Positions 24,901-36,263 of a stretch of DNA of 64,000 nucleotides are shown one piece after another. The stretch's first letter is position 1. Every line of letters begins with the position of its first letter. This DNA comes from Owenia fusiformis (lineage: Eukaryota), in contig CAIIXF020000001.1 of the NCBI GenBank assembly GCA_903813345.2, positions 5,456,001 to 5,520,000 of the forward strand, written 5' to 3'. Position numbers and translations under genes: made by a program. The notes beneath the pieces are model-generated. The model searched no databases and was not told the DNA's origin. It saw only the letters and a list, made by a program, of their open reading frames with translations.

Positions 24901-27900
24901 CAATTGTTGCTGGCCTAATTCTACCAATGTGGACACAACTTCTACATTTGCTGCGTCAAAATCAGTAAGAGGCTCTATAATTCCCAACTCACACGAATTG
25001 ATGCTCTTCTGCATCTCCACTTCTATTAAACGCATTGTGTAAGATTCAATGGTAACATCCTCTTTCACTCTGCAATCCGTGACTGATTGACTTCCGCTAG
25101 CCTCTCCTATATTTGGTAACTCAGTATCATCTTGATTAACTGTGAGTCCTGTTGAACATTGAGCCTGCAACTCTGAAGCAGAACTGCAAGTCTGGAAGCT
25201 CTCTTCGTCACATTCTGCTGAGTCCCTGTTCAACTCTAACTCTGGACTACTTGATTTGTTTGAAAACAAATCTTCACTTTGCAAACTTCCTTGATATTGG
25301 GATAAATCAGGTTCTACATCTTGGGAATCTGGAGTGTCTTGAACACCCTGCACGTCACTCGACGATCCCTGGGACGTACTTCCCTGACTCACAGAGGGAG
25401 TCTCTGGTATCACTACACTCGTCGGTGTAACACAGATCAAACCCGGACAAAATGGTACATCAGGTGCAGGTTCCCATCCATCTTCTTCTCCGGATTTAAC
25501 TGGATAATAACCAATTGGACTTGATCTTACTCCAACAGGTGTCGACTGTGACACAGGAGTTCCAAGTTTGAGCTCAGTTAAATCATCATCACTGTTGTCA
25601 CTTTCATCTGTTGGACAAGGTGCTGGAGGCAACTCTGGTTCCTCAGGTTCCTCAAGCTGGATAATCTCGGTATCTGTATCTGCAGATGTCTTCTCTGAAG
25701 AAGTAGTGGAAGGCAGCATCTTATCTTCAATCACATTAGCTGCCATAGCCTCAGCAAGTTGACTTGCTGGAAAGGTCAATTCTTTAGCTCCATAATTTAT
25801 CACAGCACCAGTGATTGTCATGAAATCAGATCCTAAGATTCCATCATGATCAATATCTGCCACTACAATGGATGTTTGTGTTTCCTGACCATCTAATTCA
25901 ATTATTCCATCAATTATTCCACAGACTGCTATAGGACTGCCACTTGCTTGAATGAATACCCTATCTGCAGGATACAATCTGGGTTTCAGTCTATCTGGTA
26001 TCTGCATATAACTTCGCTGGCCAATCATAGTTCGAACGGCTCCAGAATCCACTAAGAACTCTACCTTCGTTCCACACACAGTACCAGTGGCTATTATCTT
26101 GCGTATCGTAGTGTCGCTACTATCACTTTTGGATATCTCCAAGTCTCCATGTGTTAGAAACTTGACAGGATTTGTGGATTCTCCTTTCGAATCTTTGATG
26201 ATGCCTTTCTTGATGTCATTCTGCTTTTTGTAACAATCAGACTGATAATGTCCTAACTTGTCGCAATAATAACATTTGACACCTCTGGACACAGGCCTTT
26301 TCTCTCCAGACTCATTGGATTTTTCTTTGTCCTTCAACTCTTGTATTATTGTCTTAAGATTAGCTGTAGATTCTTTGTGCATCTCTTGCACCACCTTCAT
26401 AAGATTCTCCTGCATCAATTTATTTTGCATTACTGTAGAGTCCCTATGCATCTCCTGAAACGCCTTTACCAATTGCATCATTTCATTTTGAGCCTGTTTC
26501 TCTTCTACAGCATTTACTCTTTCATCTCTATGTCTTGGTTTTAAACCTTTGCGCATCCTTTCAGACTCAAGATAAGACTCCTCTCGTATGGCAATTTCAA
26601 TGGCCTTGTCTAAAGTGCTGCAATCTCCGCTATGATTATGAATGGATCGCCTAATCTCATCATCAGGGATAGCCTGTGCAAAACGTTCCCTAGCCAAACG
26701 ATCTTGAGCAGCCCGAGGTAACTCAGGATATGCTAATGATGTCAGCCGTCTGACATCTTGACCAAGAGTCTGTAGTGTTTCCTTGGGTTTACGTGTTCGG
26801 CCCACCCACTCTGCTTGGTACACATCTGCTTTACCTCCTGGGCCAAACCTTTTATCTAAGGCAGACACCAATTCATCATACGTATAGCCAGGGTCCATCT
26901 CATAGATGAGTTGTTGCGCTTGACCCCTAAGGCTAGTTGCAAGAAACTGTTTCTTCTCTTCATCGCTCCATGAATTTGCACTTACACACATGGCAAAATA
27001 GGCTTTGTAGTCAATCCATGGTGTAGTTCCATTGTATGTGTCAGGTTTTATCTTTGTCTTGCTCTGAGAGGCAGCTCTCTTAGGTATTGTCTCTTCCAAT
27101 ACCTTCCCAACTAATTTAGTCGTCTCTTCATGCATCTTTGCAAACTGAGCTATCACTGAAGGCATTGTATCATTCATTGGTACGGCCGTTTCCTCTTCTT
27201 GAGGAGTAAAATGTGTCATATTTGCATTAGTCTGCAGAGCTTCTTCATATCTGGTTTCAGCCTCATTCGGTAATTCATCATATGTAGATCGGTATCTATC
27301 CTTGGAAGGCTGACTTTGAGTCTGTTGAGGCACAAACATTCTTTTACTCGGTGTTCCCACAAACTTTGTCTCTCCGAATCCATAGTCATCTTCTGACTTT
27401 ACAGCTGCAACTCTCCTTTTTGTCGGAGGACTCTTAAATGCAGGTCTCTTTGGCAATCCTGTAAAATCTTCATCAGAAGCAATTCTCTTCTGGCGTATGA
27501 GTGGCCACTTTGGGGGAGTTACTATTCTGGGTTGATCAGCAGTTAATTCTGGATTAACTAATGTAGGCCCCCCTACCACTCCTTGCTGCGGATTAAATGT
27601 AGAAAGAACTTCTCGAGACTGTAATCTCTGAGAAGTCGCACTGGACTTAGCCTGTAACATTGTTCTGGTGTCTACACTTGTTCCTAATTTCACTACAGGA
27701 CTTGAAGGTCTGACGTCACCCTGTAAAACTGGTTCAGGACGAGAAGTTGAACTTTGTAATGCCATATGTAAGGTCTGGCATAAGTTATTCATCTCTTCCT
27801 TAAATTCCGCCTTCAAAGTTTGTGACAAAGTTCCAATATGATCTTTGATCTGTGTGACTTCTCCACCAATGTTAGACATATGTCCTTCCATATTAGCCAC

Positions 27901-28515
27901 CTGTCCTTCTATATGAGACATGTGTCCCTCCATGTTAGACACCTGTCCTTCCATCATGTTTATGGTAGTCACATTCTGGTTAATGGCATCTTCCATAACA
28001 TGTATATGCGTTTTCATTTCTCTATCAACTGGTCTTTCCTGCGTGCCCAGTTTAAGTTCTGCAGGTGTAGTTATCATTGTTGAGGTGCGAGGCATATATC
28101 TATCTCCTTTGGGTCTGGCTCCCCATGCTTGACTCTGTGGACTATAAGCACCATCATGTACTGTGCCTGACCAATAGCCAGTAGTCTGTCCACCCCAGAC
28201 TTTCTTAAACTCTGTTTCTATCCCAGTCTTATCACTAGGGTAGATTGCTTCTGCACCACCAACTGTACGACGTCTCTCATCTGGATCTGCCTCACTTGGC
28301 AACCTCCATTTCTCCATCGCTGGGAGTTCTGTAGCCATGTGTTCCATAGCCTTTCTTCCTGTATATTGAAGAGTGTCATCCTTGGCTATGGGATTATCTA
28401 TCTCACCATCGGTAGCTAACTTTACAAAGACAGTCTTCTCTACATCTTTAGACTTGTCTGTATTTGTATCCGAGAGATCACCACTCTCTATCGACTTTGG
28501 AGCTTCTGTATCCAT
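21991..28515 (-). CDS. Gypsy Gag-Pol polyprotein, 2174 aa (RNase H and integrase apparently defective)
   Basis: Capsid KPDTYNG..W..Y; CCHC knuckle CYYCDKLGHYQSDC; protease FLVDSGA; RT SPWASP, MPFGL, YLDD; RNase H; integrase HSDQG..MIERYN; WKGPF. Confidence 0.95.
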   Translation of the reverse strand: MDTEAPKSIESGDLSDTNTDKSKDVEKTVFVKLATDGEIDNPIAKDDTLQYTGRKAMEHMATELPAMEKWRLPSEADPDERRRTVGGAEAIYPSDKTGIETEFKKVWGGQTTGYWSGTVHDGAYSPQSQAWGARPKGDRYMPRTSTMITTPAELKLGTQERPVDREMKTHIHVMEDAINQNVTTINMMEGQVSNMEGHMSHIEGQVANMEGHMSNIGGEVTQIKDHIGTLSQTLKAEFKEEMNNLCQTLHMALQSSTSRPEPVLQGDVRPSSPVVKLGTSVDTRTMLQAKSSATSQRLQSREVLSTFNPQQGVVGGPTLVNPELTADQPRIVTPPKWPLIRQKRIASDEDFTGLPKRPAFKSPPTKRRVAAVKSEDDYGFGETKFVGTPSKRMFVPQQTQSQPSKDRYRSTYDELPNEAETRYEEALQTNANMTHFTPQEEETAVPMNDTMPSVIAQFAKMHEETTKLVGKVLEETIPKRAASQSKTKIKPDTYNGTTPWIDYKAYFAMCVSANSWSDEEKKQFLATSLRGQAQQLIYEMDPGYTYDELVSALDKRFGPGGKADVYQAEWVGRTRKPKETLQTLGQDVRRLTSLAYPELPRAAQDRLARERFAQAIPDDEIRRSIHNHSGDCSTLDKAIEIAIREESYLESERMRKGLKPRHRDERVNAVEEKQAQNEMMQLVKAFQEMHRDSTVMQNKLMQENLMKVVQEMHKESTANLKTIIQELKDKEKSNESGEKRPVSRGVKCYYCDKLGHYQSDCYKKQNDIKKGIIKDSKGESTNPVKFLTHGDLEISKSDSSDTTIRKIIATGTVCGTKVEFLVDSGAVRTMIGQRSYMQIPDRLKPRLYPADRVFIQASGSPIAVCGIIDGIIELDGQETQTSIVVADIDHDGILGSDFMTITGAVINYGAKELTFPASQLAEAMAANVIEDKMLPSTTSSEKTSADTDTEIIQLEEPEEPELPPAPCPTDESDNSDDDLTELKLGTPVSQSTPVGVRSSPIGYYPVKSGEEDGWEPAPDVPFCPGLICVTPTSVVIPETPSVSQGSTSQGSSSDVQGVQDTPDSQDVEPDLSQYQGSLQSEDLFSNKSSSPELELNRDSAECDEESFQTCSSASELQAQCSTGLTVNQDDTELPNIGEASGSQSVTDCRVKEDVTIESYTMRLIEVEMQKSINSCELGIIEPLTDFDAANVEVVSTLVELGQQQLFVEVWNHTEFEKHLPAGITIGEYSTIETGVYHLTDASELPQDDVCILQGASAGTDINIQTLPAHLQELFDRSCEHLTDNQKEKVKVMLCRNADIFATGDADLGRTHLVKHHIDTGDSAPIKQMYRPLPKVKQEEVNKQIEDMLERGIIEKSKSPWASPIVLVKKKDNSWRFCVDYRRLNSVTKKDAFPIPRIEETLNMMNGSTYFSCLDMASGYWQCELDENAKEKSAFVVRGGLYQWVVMPFGLANAPSTFSRLMEQVLHGLSSQSSLVYLDDVITFLPTFDGCMDRLQEVFDRFRAAGLRLKPKKCSLFQREVDYLGHVVSENGIAPNPKKVQQMAEYPTPKNVKEVRQFLGGASYYRRHVQDFAKIAGPLHALTKKNQRFYWDGDCQVAFDMLKQKLITAPILAYPRDDCPYILDTVASNESIGAVLSQLQDGEERVIYYASKRLSKQEKNYCVTRRELLAAVNYVRYFRQYLYGVHFKLRTDHSSLRWLINFKDPEGQLARWLQVIQEYNFELEFRPGNKHQNADVMSRIPCRQCDHCEIPEETTMFCVEDITTVAIHPEWTLEKIAEALPNQEARTVADKIVAEVVCRLGMPATLHSDQGRNFEAKVFQEMCNLLGIEKTRTTPFHPQSDGMIERYNRTLLDSLAKLLQPEPHQTDWDLQIPFALMAYRTAVNESTGETPAMLMLGRELKLPLETLIEVPPMDTEESDYVTDLREKLSEAHDRAREKLKLSAERQKVAYDRRVAGHSYSEGDAVWYLDNTKRKGVSPKLESKWKGPFQIIKKISDVTYRIQIKGKKPRVIHFNMLKPYEAELPDDWRIPKSQPEIVMEPLTDDPVQELITDKVPCSTKHISKTVKWKDQEEKPEVEPERDSQPILPDETPDYKKTVKTSPKKEVDDKPSRRERKRPRHLDDFVAEVSTSRDSHQSRPYSKSPDYRHDWRSEYRHDRKRSAHFSDRHSRLRQSIK

Positions 28516-28571
28516 CTTTAAAGTGCTATAATGTGCCTCTGGTTCAAGTCTTCAGAAACAGTCAATCCCAA

Positions 28572-28585
28572 CACCGCTGCCACCA
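28572..28585 (-). other. Primer-binding site complementary to tRNA-Leu (AAG/TAG type)
   Basis: Plus strand CACCGCTGCCACCA matches the 3' end of animal tRNA-Leu as recalled (..AATCCCACCGCTGCCA-CCA), 1 nt from the LTR. Confidence 0.8.
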
Positions 28586-28586
28586 A

Positions 28587-31151
28587 TGTAACAGTTTGGC
28601 CTATTTTTGTGGATATACGTGGTAGCGTGGATAATAATAGGCCCACTGTTTAGTAAACGGTGTTTACTTGGTGAGTTACACGGCACACGTTAAATGTGCG
28701 ATTGTCCCTAAAGAATTAAACAGACATATACAATTAAATATAAAATATAAAACAGTATATTGTGGCGTTTATAAGCCCAAATAAAGATGTACATTAAATT
28801 TCAAGTCTAATTATAAGAGTGTTACGATTTTAATATCTCTCTCAAAACTCACAACTCAAAAGTCCATATAAGCTAATATTTATCACTAATAAAACAATAT
28901 CCAGAGTCCATATAAACTAATAATAATCACTAATAACACAATATCCAGAGTCCATATAAACTAAAGTTGATGATCACTATATACCACTGTTGTATCTCCA
29001 ATATTAAGTCCATATATGTTGTAACACTTGTAAGTCTTGTATTGTACTTGTAACTTGAACCTGAAATAGTAATCTCCTGGATCCTCTTCAATGTAGTGTA
29101 GTATGATTCAAGTTTGATGATATGAAATCATCTAAGTCAACCAGCGGCTCTGCAAATGTCTATCTCCTGGATCCTGTCAACTATTGCTCAGTAAACGGCT
29201 ATCTCCTGGATCCTCTTCACTGTATTGTAGTATAATTCAGCTTTGATAATGGGAAATCATCAAGTCAACTATCGGCTCGGTAAATGACTATCTCCTGGAT
29301 CCTCCTCAATGTGTTGTAGTATAATTCAACTTTGATTATGTAAAATAATCTAAGTTAAACTATCAAGTCTGGAAACGACTATCTCCTGGATCCTCCTCAA
29401 TGTGTTGTAGTATAATTCAACTTTGATTATGTGAAATAATCCAAGTCAAATTATCAAGTCTGGAAACGACTATCTCCTGGATCCTCCTCTCTGTAGATGT
29501 ATATTCTAACTTCAATGACCCAAAATCATCAAAGTCAAAATATCTCGTTGAATAAACTGCTAAGTCCTGGAACCTCTTCTATGTAGATGTATATTCCAAC
29601 TTCAATGACCCAAAGTCATCAAAGTCAAAATATCTCGTTGAATAAACTGCTAAGTCCCAGAACCTCTTCTCTGTAGATGTATATTCTAACTTCAATGACA
29701 CAAAATCATCAAAGTCAAAATATCTCGTTGAATAAACTGCTATGTCCTGGAACCTCTTCTCTGTAGATGTATAAGTCAAACTATCACAATCTTCAAACTA
29801 CCAAGTCCAAGGACGTCTAATACACGGCATCAACTGCTAAGTCCATGTAGCCTGCTTTCTTCACAATTAAATAATAAGGCTACCTACAAATATAGCATGC
29901 ACACAACGACATATGCAAAAATATAACATGTGAAAATATTTGACCTCTAAAATGACTAAGTTCATTTAATGTTAAGTGATACTGATATTAAAATATTCTA
30001 AGTTCAATATTTCTCTTTCCAAAAACAACAAAGTCCACAATAATATTTCACCAAATGTTGACTAAGTTAATTTCATACTAAGTTATACTGATGTTGAAAT
30101 ATTCTAAGTTAAATATTTCTATCTCCAAAAATAACAAAGTCCAAAATAATATTTCACCAAATACTGACTAAGTCCAATAATGTTGTAAATCGTCTAAGTT
30201 CCTTGATGATCAAAATAGCTTGTTTCTCAAACACAAGTTATGTCAGCATTTCCTCTCAGTCTATGAAGGCTGGACAATACGTCTAATGCTTTGCGCTGGG
30301 GATAGCTTCACCCTGTTGAAGTTTTGTCCAGTCTTGTAGATCTCTCTTATTTCCAGTGCGGTAAATAAACTAAGTCTCACACTTAGCTACATCAAAGTTT
30401 TCCCAAAATTCCAATCTCCAAAATAAACTAAGTTTCTCACACTTAGTTTCTCCAATCTGCCCTTGTATACTGCAAACGTATAGCTTGGCTCATCAGATGT
30501 ATTCTACTAAGGTACAGCTTCTATCTTCATGTGTATACTGCAAACGTATAGCTTCAAGACCACAAAATCGACTAAGTTCTATAAAACTTAGAAGATTTTA
30601 GCTGTTTCCCGAAATTCCGCTCTGGAGGTCCTTCCTCGACAACATCTGGCATCGCACTGACGAGCCTTCAACAGCGAGATAGTTATATAGGCCCGATGAC
30701 GTCATTGATTTTCGGACAAGATTTCAACTGTGAATTACAGCTTACTTACGCCATATTTCGCTTTAATATTGATCATACAGCAAGATTATAATATTGACTC
30801 AAGAAATATAACAGTAATTAATCACTATCTAGTCTAATTTCACTTCGATTCAATCGAATCAAAAGCAGGAAGTAAAATAATAAAGGTGTCATGTTAGACT
30901 ACCGATCAACTACAAATTAGACTGCCAGATAAGACTTCCCGATCAACATAAACAAAATCGTGATCAAATAAATAAAACATGTGAACTATTTCACCTCTGT
31001 AAGTACAACCTAAGTGCTGCAAATGATACTACATTTATAAATCTTAATAATCTCAATGGGAAATTACTTCTCAAGTGTAATAATTACCTTATATACAAAA
31101 ACACAGCACTTAATCAAAAATCAAAAATTTTACATTTAAAATTCCGTTACA
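28587..31151 (-). repeat. 5' LTR (2565 bp)
   Basis: TGTAAC..GTTACA inverted ends; adjacent to the PBS. Confidence 0.95.
30655..30705 (-). promoter_or_regulatory. LTR core promoter: CRE, TATA box and Inr
   Basis: Minus strand ATGACGTCAT (30705-30696), TATATAA (30689-30683), TCAGT with its A at 30658, i.e. TATA at -31; copy at 21041-21090. Confidence 0.65.
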
Positions 31152-31430
31152 CTATATAATACTCAAATTGAAGGAATTTTGGAGTAAATCACAATTATGG
31201 TATTATTTGTCAGATTTGTACCTCAGAAAATTCAAAATGAATGGATTTCAAGATGGCCGCCGCTTTAAAAATGACGGGACTTTTTCGCAAAAATCATAAA
31301 TTTTTCATTCTAAACCAAAGTAATTAATATTATTGTTTGAAATTTTGGAAATATATTCGCAACATCTATCTATTTCACATATATTCCGTGTTTTTCATCC
31401 TGACCCCCAGGGGCCCGTGTATGGGGGGTC

Positions 31431-31570
31431 CCGAGACTGCGGCTAATTGTAACCCTGTCGGTTACAATTGGCCGCAATGCGGCTAATTGTAACCCGACTG
31501 TGGATATTGCGGCCAATTGTAACCCAATCACTAATTGTAACCTAAAGCGGTTAATTGTAATCCAAATTTT
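31431..31570. repeat. Truncated DNA-transposon end with AATTGTAACC subterminal repeats
   Basis: About 6 copies of GCGG(C/T)(T/C)AATTGTAAC in both orientations. Confidence 0.5.
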
Positions 31571-31804
31571 GGAAATTTAATTTAAAGTCTTAAATACAAT
31601 TAAATTGGTATTTATGTAGTTTTAGAATCTGTTAATCTTACAATTGAGTCAGATGTCCAGAAATAAGCCCTTTATCAGTTCATCTTTTCAGAAAAGCAAT
31701 TAACTTGGTATATTGGCGATATCTAATTTATCCCTAATTCTTTCAAAATTCATCAATATCATAATGAAAGGTACATCTAATTGTTTTTATAGATATTTAA
31801 ATAT

Positions 31805-31940
31805 GGTGGGGTCGAGTTGACTAAGGGTTGAGTTGACCAAGGGTTGAGATGACTAAGGGTTGACTTGACTTGGAGTCGAGTTGACTAAGGGTTGACTTGA
31901 CTTGGGTTGAGTTGACTTGGAGTTGACTTGACCAGTTACC
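31805..31940. repeat. GAGTTGACT short-period repeat, probable transposon subterminal region
   Basis: GGGT(C/T)GAGTTGACT units ending ACCAGTTACC. Confidence 0.5.
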
Positions 31941-33807
31941 TTTTTAAAGAGGGAAAAACCTTTTCATACACCCCACTTTCAAATAAACGCCCATGGGCCT
32001 ATTCGCGAGAAACTAACATCGTATGTGTACAAAATAGAGAATTCCTTCCCAATATAGTGCTATTCCACACCATTGAAAAAACAGTTATTTACAAACCTGG
32101 CTGCTCTTCTCTGCCCCTGTTCCAACATATCAATATTTTTGCCAGTATGGATCCCATGCAGAACTGGCATATTCTGCAGGACTAGTGTCTTATATGCCTG
32201 AGCCTTCACTTTTTAAGGCCATTGATGGAGGTTGCGTCTGAGGAACCAAAGCACTTTATTGGCTTTGGATAGTTTGAATATGTGTAGTCAAGCGTAAATT
32301 ATTTGAAATATATATTATATAGATTAATCTGCTGGTTACTATCACACTGACGATATCTTTAGCATAAGTATTAGTTTTAGTTCAAACTATTTGAGATGTT
32401 TGAGTTATGTTATATTATGATAAGTATGTATATTTGTTATACACGTTCTATTATTTCAGGTACTGTTCACTGTAGACATTATTAGACGCCAGATTTTCAA
32501 TCTAGAGTGTATTGCTTTTGCCTGAAATCTTATTCTTGGAGCAATGGAACAACCATTCCTATTGGAATTTGAAAGATTTATTAAAGAGACAATTCCGAAT
32601 ATATAAAACTGTCATAGCAATGTGTTTTAAATGGGTCTTTCCACCACTGTCACTCAGCATGTAACATATATTGTATTCGTCTTTAAGTTGGCGAGCACTT
32701 TAAATTGGCGTATTTTGGCGGATTAAAAAAAATTGCTAAATTTGATATACGCCAAAATCCCCGGGAATTCGACATGTTCTTCCTTTGGTGCATTTCCGGT
32801 TATAAAAAAGTTATACCAAAATGGCCAAGCCATTTAAATTGTTAGACACAACAACAGCTATTGAAGAAATGAATATCAACAATAGGAAATACTGAAATAT
32901 GTTCATCAACAACACTGACTATGGGTATTTGACTTGGGTAAGACAGGGGGATGTCTGGGACACATAAAAAACCACCATAAATAGACGACAATAGCCCAAA
33001 TAGCACAAAATCGCCAAATTAAGTAGCGCCAAATTAATGACAAATACATGCATACGTATCTGGAGACTTTAGGTTCAACTGTTCAAGCAAAAAAACTGTA
33101 TTTTATTGACAGTGAAGTGTTTTTGAAAAAAGCCTATCAAAATCATGAAATTAGGAATTGGAATTTAGATAAAATATTCAATTCCCACGTTGGAAATTGT
33201 TTTGGGTACTTTCTATATCACTTTTTTTAGATTTGTCACTATTTAGTTTTTTGCAAGCATTTTTACGGTATTTATTTTTAGATTCTTTAAGGTTTTTTGT
33301 GTAATACAATATTACAACAATACAATTACATATATAGCCGTTCAACAATTATCTGGAGTCTTGTATTGAAATCTGTTCAATTTCACCAATCTAGTTTTTT
33401 TAAACAAGTTATTTGTGTATAGTTACCGTTTTTTACTGTTTATTTATTTGCTGTGGTGTCTATTTTCTGTTTAACATAAATCGACTTGTCGTCAGCAGTT
33501 CAGATAGATATTTATAAGGTAATTAATTAATTAATTCCTCCATTTAATAGTAATACCCTATAGTAAGTTATTTTGTACTTGTTAAAAACATTAATTCCAA
33601 ACGTACTCTAAAAAAACTGGTTCAAAAATAAATTTTATTCAGAAGTAAAAAGATTGCACTGTTGCCTATTGGTGAAATTAGAGAAAAGTATGCTACTCTG
33701 TCTGTGTTACATGTATAGAATTTGGGAGGTTGCATACCAATCTCTTTAAAGCCAATCATATAACGTACATAAGTGAAACATATATTTTATTATTTCAGAG
33801 TTACAAA

Positions 33808-35145
33808 ATGAGTGAAAGTGACATAGAGGGAGTATGGCCACTGTCTGACAGTGAACAACAAAACATATTAGAGACATTTGAGACTGAACCTGAGGAGCAA
33901 CAAATACTATTAGAGACGTTGGAGACTGAGCCCCAGGAGCAACAAATAATATTAGAGACGTTGGAAACTGAGCCCGAAGAGCAACAAATACTATTAGAGA
34001 CGTTGGAGACTGAGCCCCAGGAGCAACAAATAATATTAGAGACGTTGGAAACTGAGCCCGAAGAGCAACAAATACTATTAGAGACGTTGGAGACTGAGCC
34101 CCAGGAGCAACAAATAATATTAGAGACGTTGGAAACTGAGCTTGAAGAGCAACAAATAATATCTGAGGAAATGACATATGCCTTCAAATGCTGTATTTGC
34201 GGCTTCAAAACAAATGTATCATGGAAGGAACAACGTCACAAACATAGTCATACAAATCAGTACCAATGCGCGTTTTGTGGAAAACGGTAAGTTAAGAACT
34301 TGAATTTCTTCAACATATATTGCAATGACTTCAGTATGAATGAATGTTCTGGTCCTTGACTGTAATATGACTCTTGTTTGGGAGAAGGGTGTGTAAGACA
34401 CTATTTTTTCACGTAAGATCATGGTTTCGGGATATATAGCATCTATTTTTCTTATGACCATTTGACACTTAGAGTTTGCTTTTCTTGCTGGGTTTCTTTA
34501 ATGTTTTTACTCCTTTCCCTTTGGCGCTTGTGCTTAGTTATGCATATACTTCAAAGTTAATAAAAGTGTCAGGATATCACATTGGACACTGGACAATACT
34601 TGTCTTTTGCCACTTACTTAGGTTTTGAGTGAAGGGATATATCATGTGCTTTTTGTTTTGTTTATTTCAGTCATGGACAAAAGAGTGACCTTGACTCACA
34701 CGCGTGTCTACATACTCTTAGAATCAAAGAGTGCTCCACTTGTAGTAAGACTTACAAAACAGAGCTAGGACTTCAGAGACACGAGGCTGAACATACTGGC
34801 AACTATAGGCACATGTGCGAATATTGTGGGAAGGGGTTTTCTTACATAAACCTCTTTCAAGATCATCAGATGATACATACGGATCAAAAGTTAAAATGTC
34901 CCAAGTGTCCCAAGGAGTTTGCCTCTGCTAGAAATCTGAGAGAACATAAGGACATATGTGGTAAGACAGTAAAGGACTTTAAGTGCAGTGAATGCGGAAA
35001 TGTTTACAAGTCCAAACGGTACCTAAAAGAACACATATCACTGAAACATTCTTTAAATCCTCCTGTATACGTGTGCCATGAGTGTGGTAAAACATTCTGT
35101 TACAGGGCAACGCTTTCGAAACATATGAAAAGCAATCACAAGTAA
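33808..35145 (+). CDS. ZNF-1: 7-finger C2H2 protein with acidic 14-aa repeats; exons 33808-34286 and 34671-35145 (317 aa)
   Basis: CG|gtaagt .. tttcag|T splice restores finger 2 (CAFCGKRHGQKSDLDSHACLH); no stops; finger 5 is C2HC. Confidence 0.85.
33855..34170 (+). repeat. Coding minisatellite, 42-bp units alternating as an 84-bp dimer
   Basis: EPEEQQILLETLET / EPQEQQIILETLET, about 7.5 units. Confidence 0.9.
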
Positions 35146-36263
35146 ATAGTTCAGTGAAGTTTGTTAAGTTGTAAGTCTGTTCATGTATTTCTTTTATCTT
35201 ATATTGAATAGTATCTATGGAAGTATCGCATGTTTGGGGGCTGTTTAGTTATAGAGAACTTTGAACATTTCCCCTCAAACCTTTAATACAGATATATTAG
35301 TGGTAATGTAATCAACATGGGAAATGCAAAAGCTATCATGACGTCATCATCAAGTTCAGTTAGAGTCATTCTAAGTGAAGCCGTTTTCTTTAAAATTCTC
35401 CAATATCGCGGTTGTTTGAGCATTTATTTGTGGTTATTTACCATCGTAGCTTTATTAATTTGCATGGCGAAACATTTGGAATCCAGATTCAACTTATTTT
35501 AGCTGAAATCGGAGGTTTATCGAAAACGAAATGATCTCGGCAACCATCTTGAATGAAGCTAACTGCAGTTAGAGTCATCCAGTTGTGGAACAGTGTTTAT
35601 GCCTTCTACGCACACACCCATGCATACCCAACAAGGTAGCTGTTTAATAAATAAGGGGGAGGGGTCCAGAGATTGAGGACTGAACAATTTAATAGTAGTA
35701 ATGCTTTATTTGTAAGATGATAATGTCTGATTGTCATGTACAATAACACAACAAAAATCACAATATAAATTTGCCTCTTGAGCCAAAAGAAGTGGGTAGG
35801 CATAATTCTTTGGTTTCTTGAACATGATTTATTTAAATTTACGTCCATCAGTATATGGTGTCCAATCAAATCGCAGGATTTGATCAATTGAACAATCATG
35901 AGCATGTGCTCTCTCAGAGCTCCGCATGCGCAAATTATAATTTGATATTGTGGAAATTTGGAGGCTTTGAACTGAATTAACACATCTTAATGCTGTTGCC
36001 CTGATAATTAAGAAAAAGTAAAATAAATTCGAATTTTCTCTCTACAGGCCTTGTTGGCCCTTAAACTTATTGAGAATCGTAAAACAACAGTGAACATTTT
36101 GAGATAAATTTCAATGGTAAATGAGACCTGTTTATAAAATTGGTTATCGAACGTGCCAATACCATTACCAACAGATATCTTTTTGACCCCCCCCCCCCCC
36201 CACTGCTCTTAAGCTACAAATTAAAATACAATCTTTTCATGTTGCAATTATTGAAATATTACT

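Larger units (their letters stand above)
18791..31151 (-). mobile_element. Full-length Ty3/Gypsy LTR retrotransposon (12.4 kb), 4-bp TSD CTAT
   Basis: TG..CA LTRs, CTAT on both flanks, PBS, PPT, PR-RT-RH-IN order; the uninterrupted target GTATGGCTATATAATAC is visible in the sister repeat unit at ~45895-45911. Confidence 0.97.

Noticed and set aside
32460-32524. Short phase-0 terminal exon (VLFTVDIIRRQIFNLECIAFA*) for the host gene
   Set aside because: Plausible acceptor but no recognisable product; 46487 gives a much better join. Not excluded without RNA data
33746-34208. Two antisense repeat ORFs (143 and 135 aa)
   Set aside because: Shadows of the 42-bp coding minisatellite of ZNF-1
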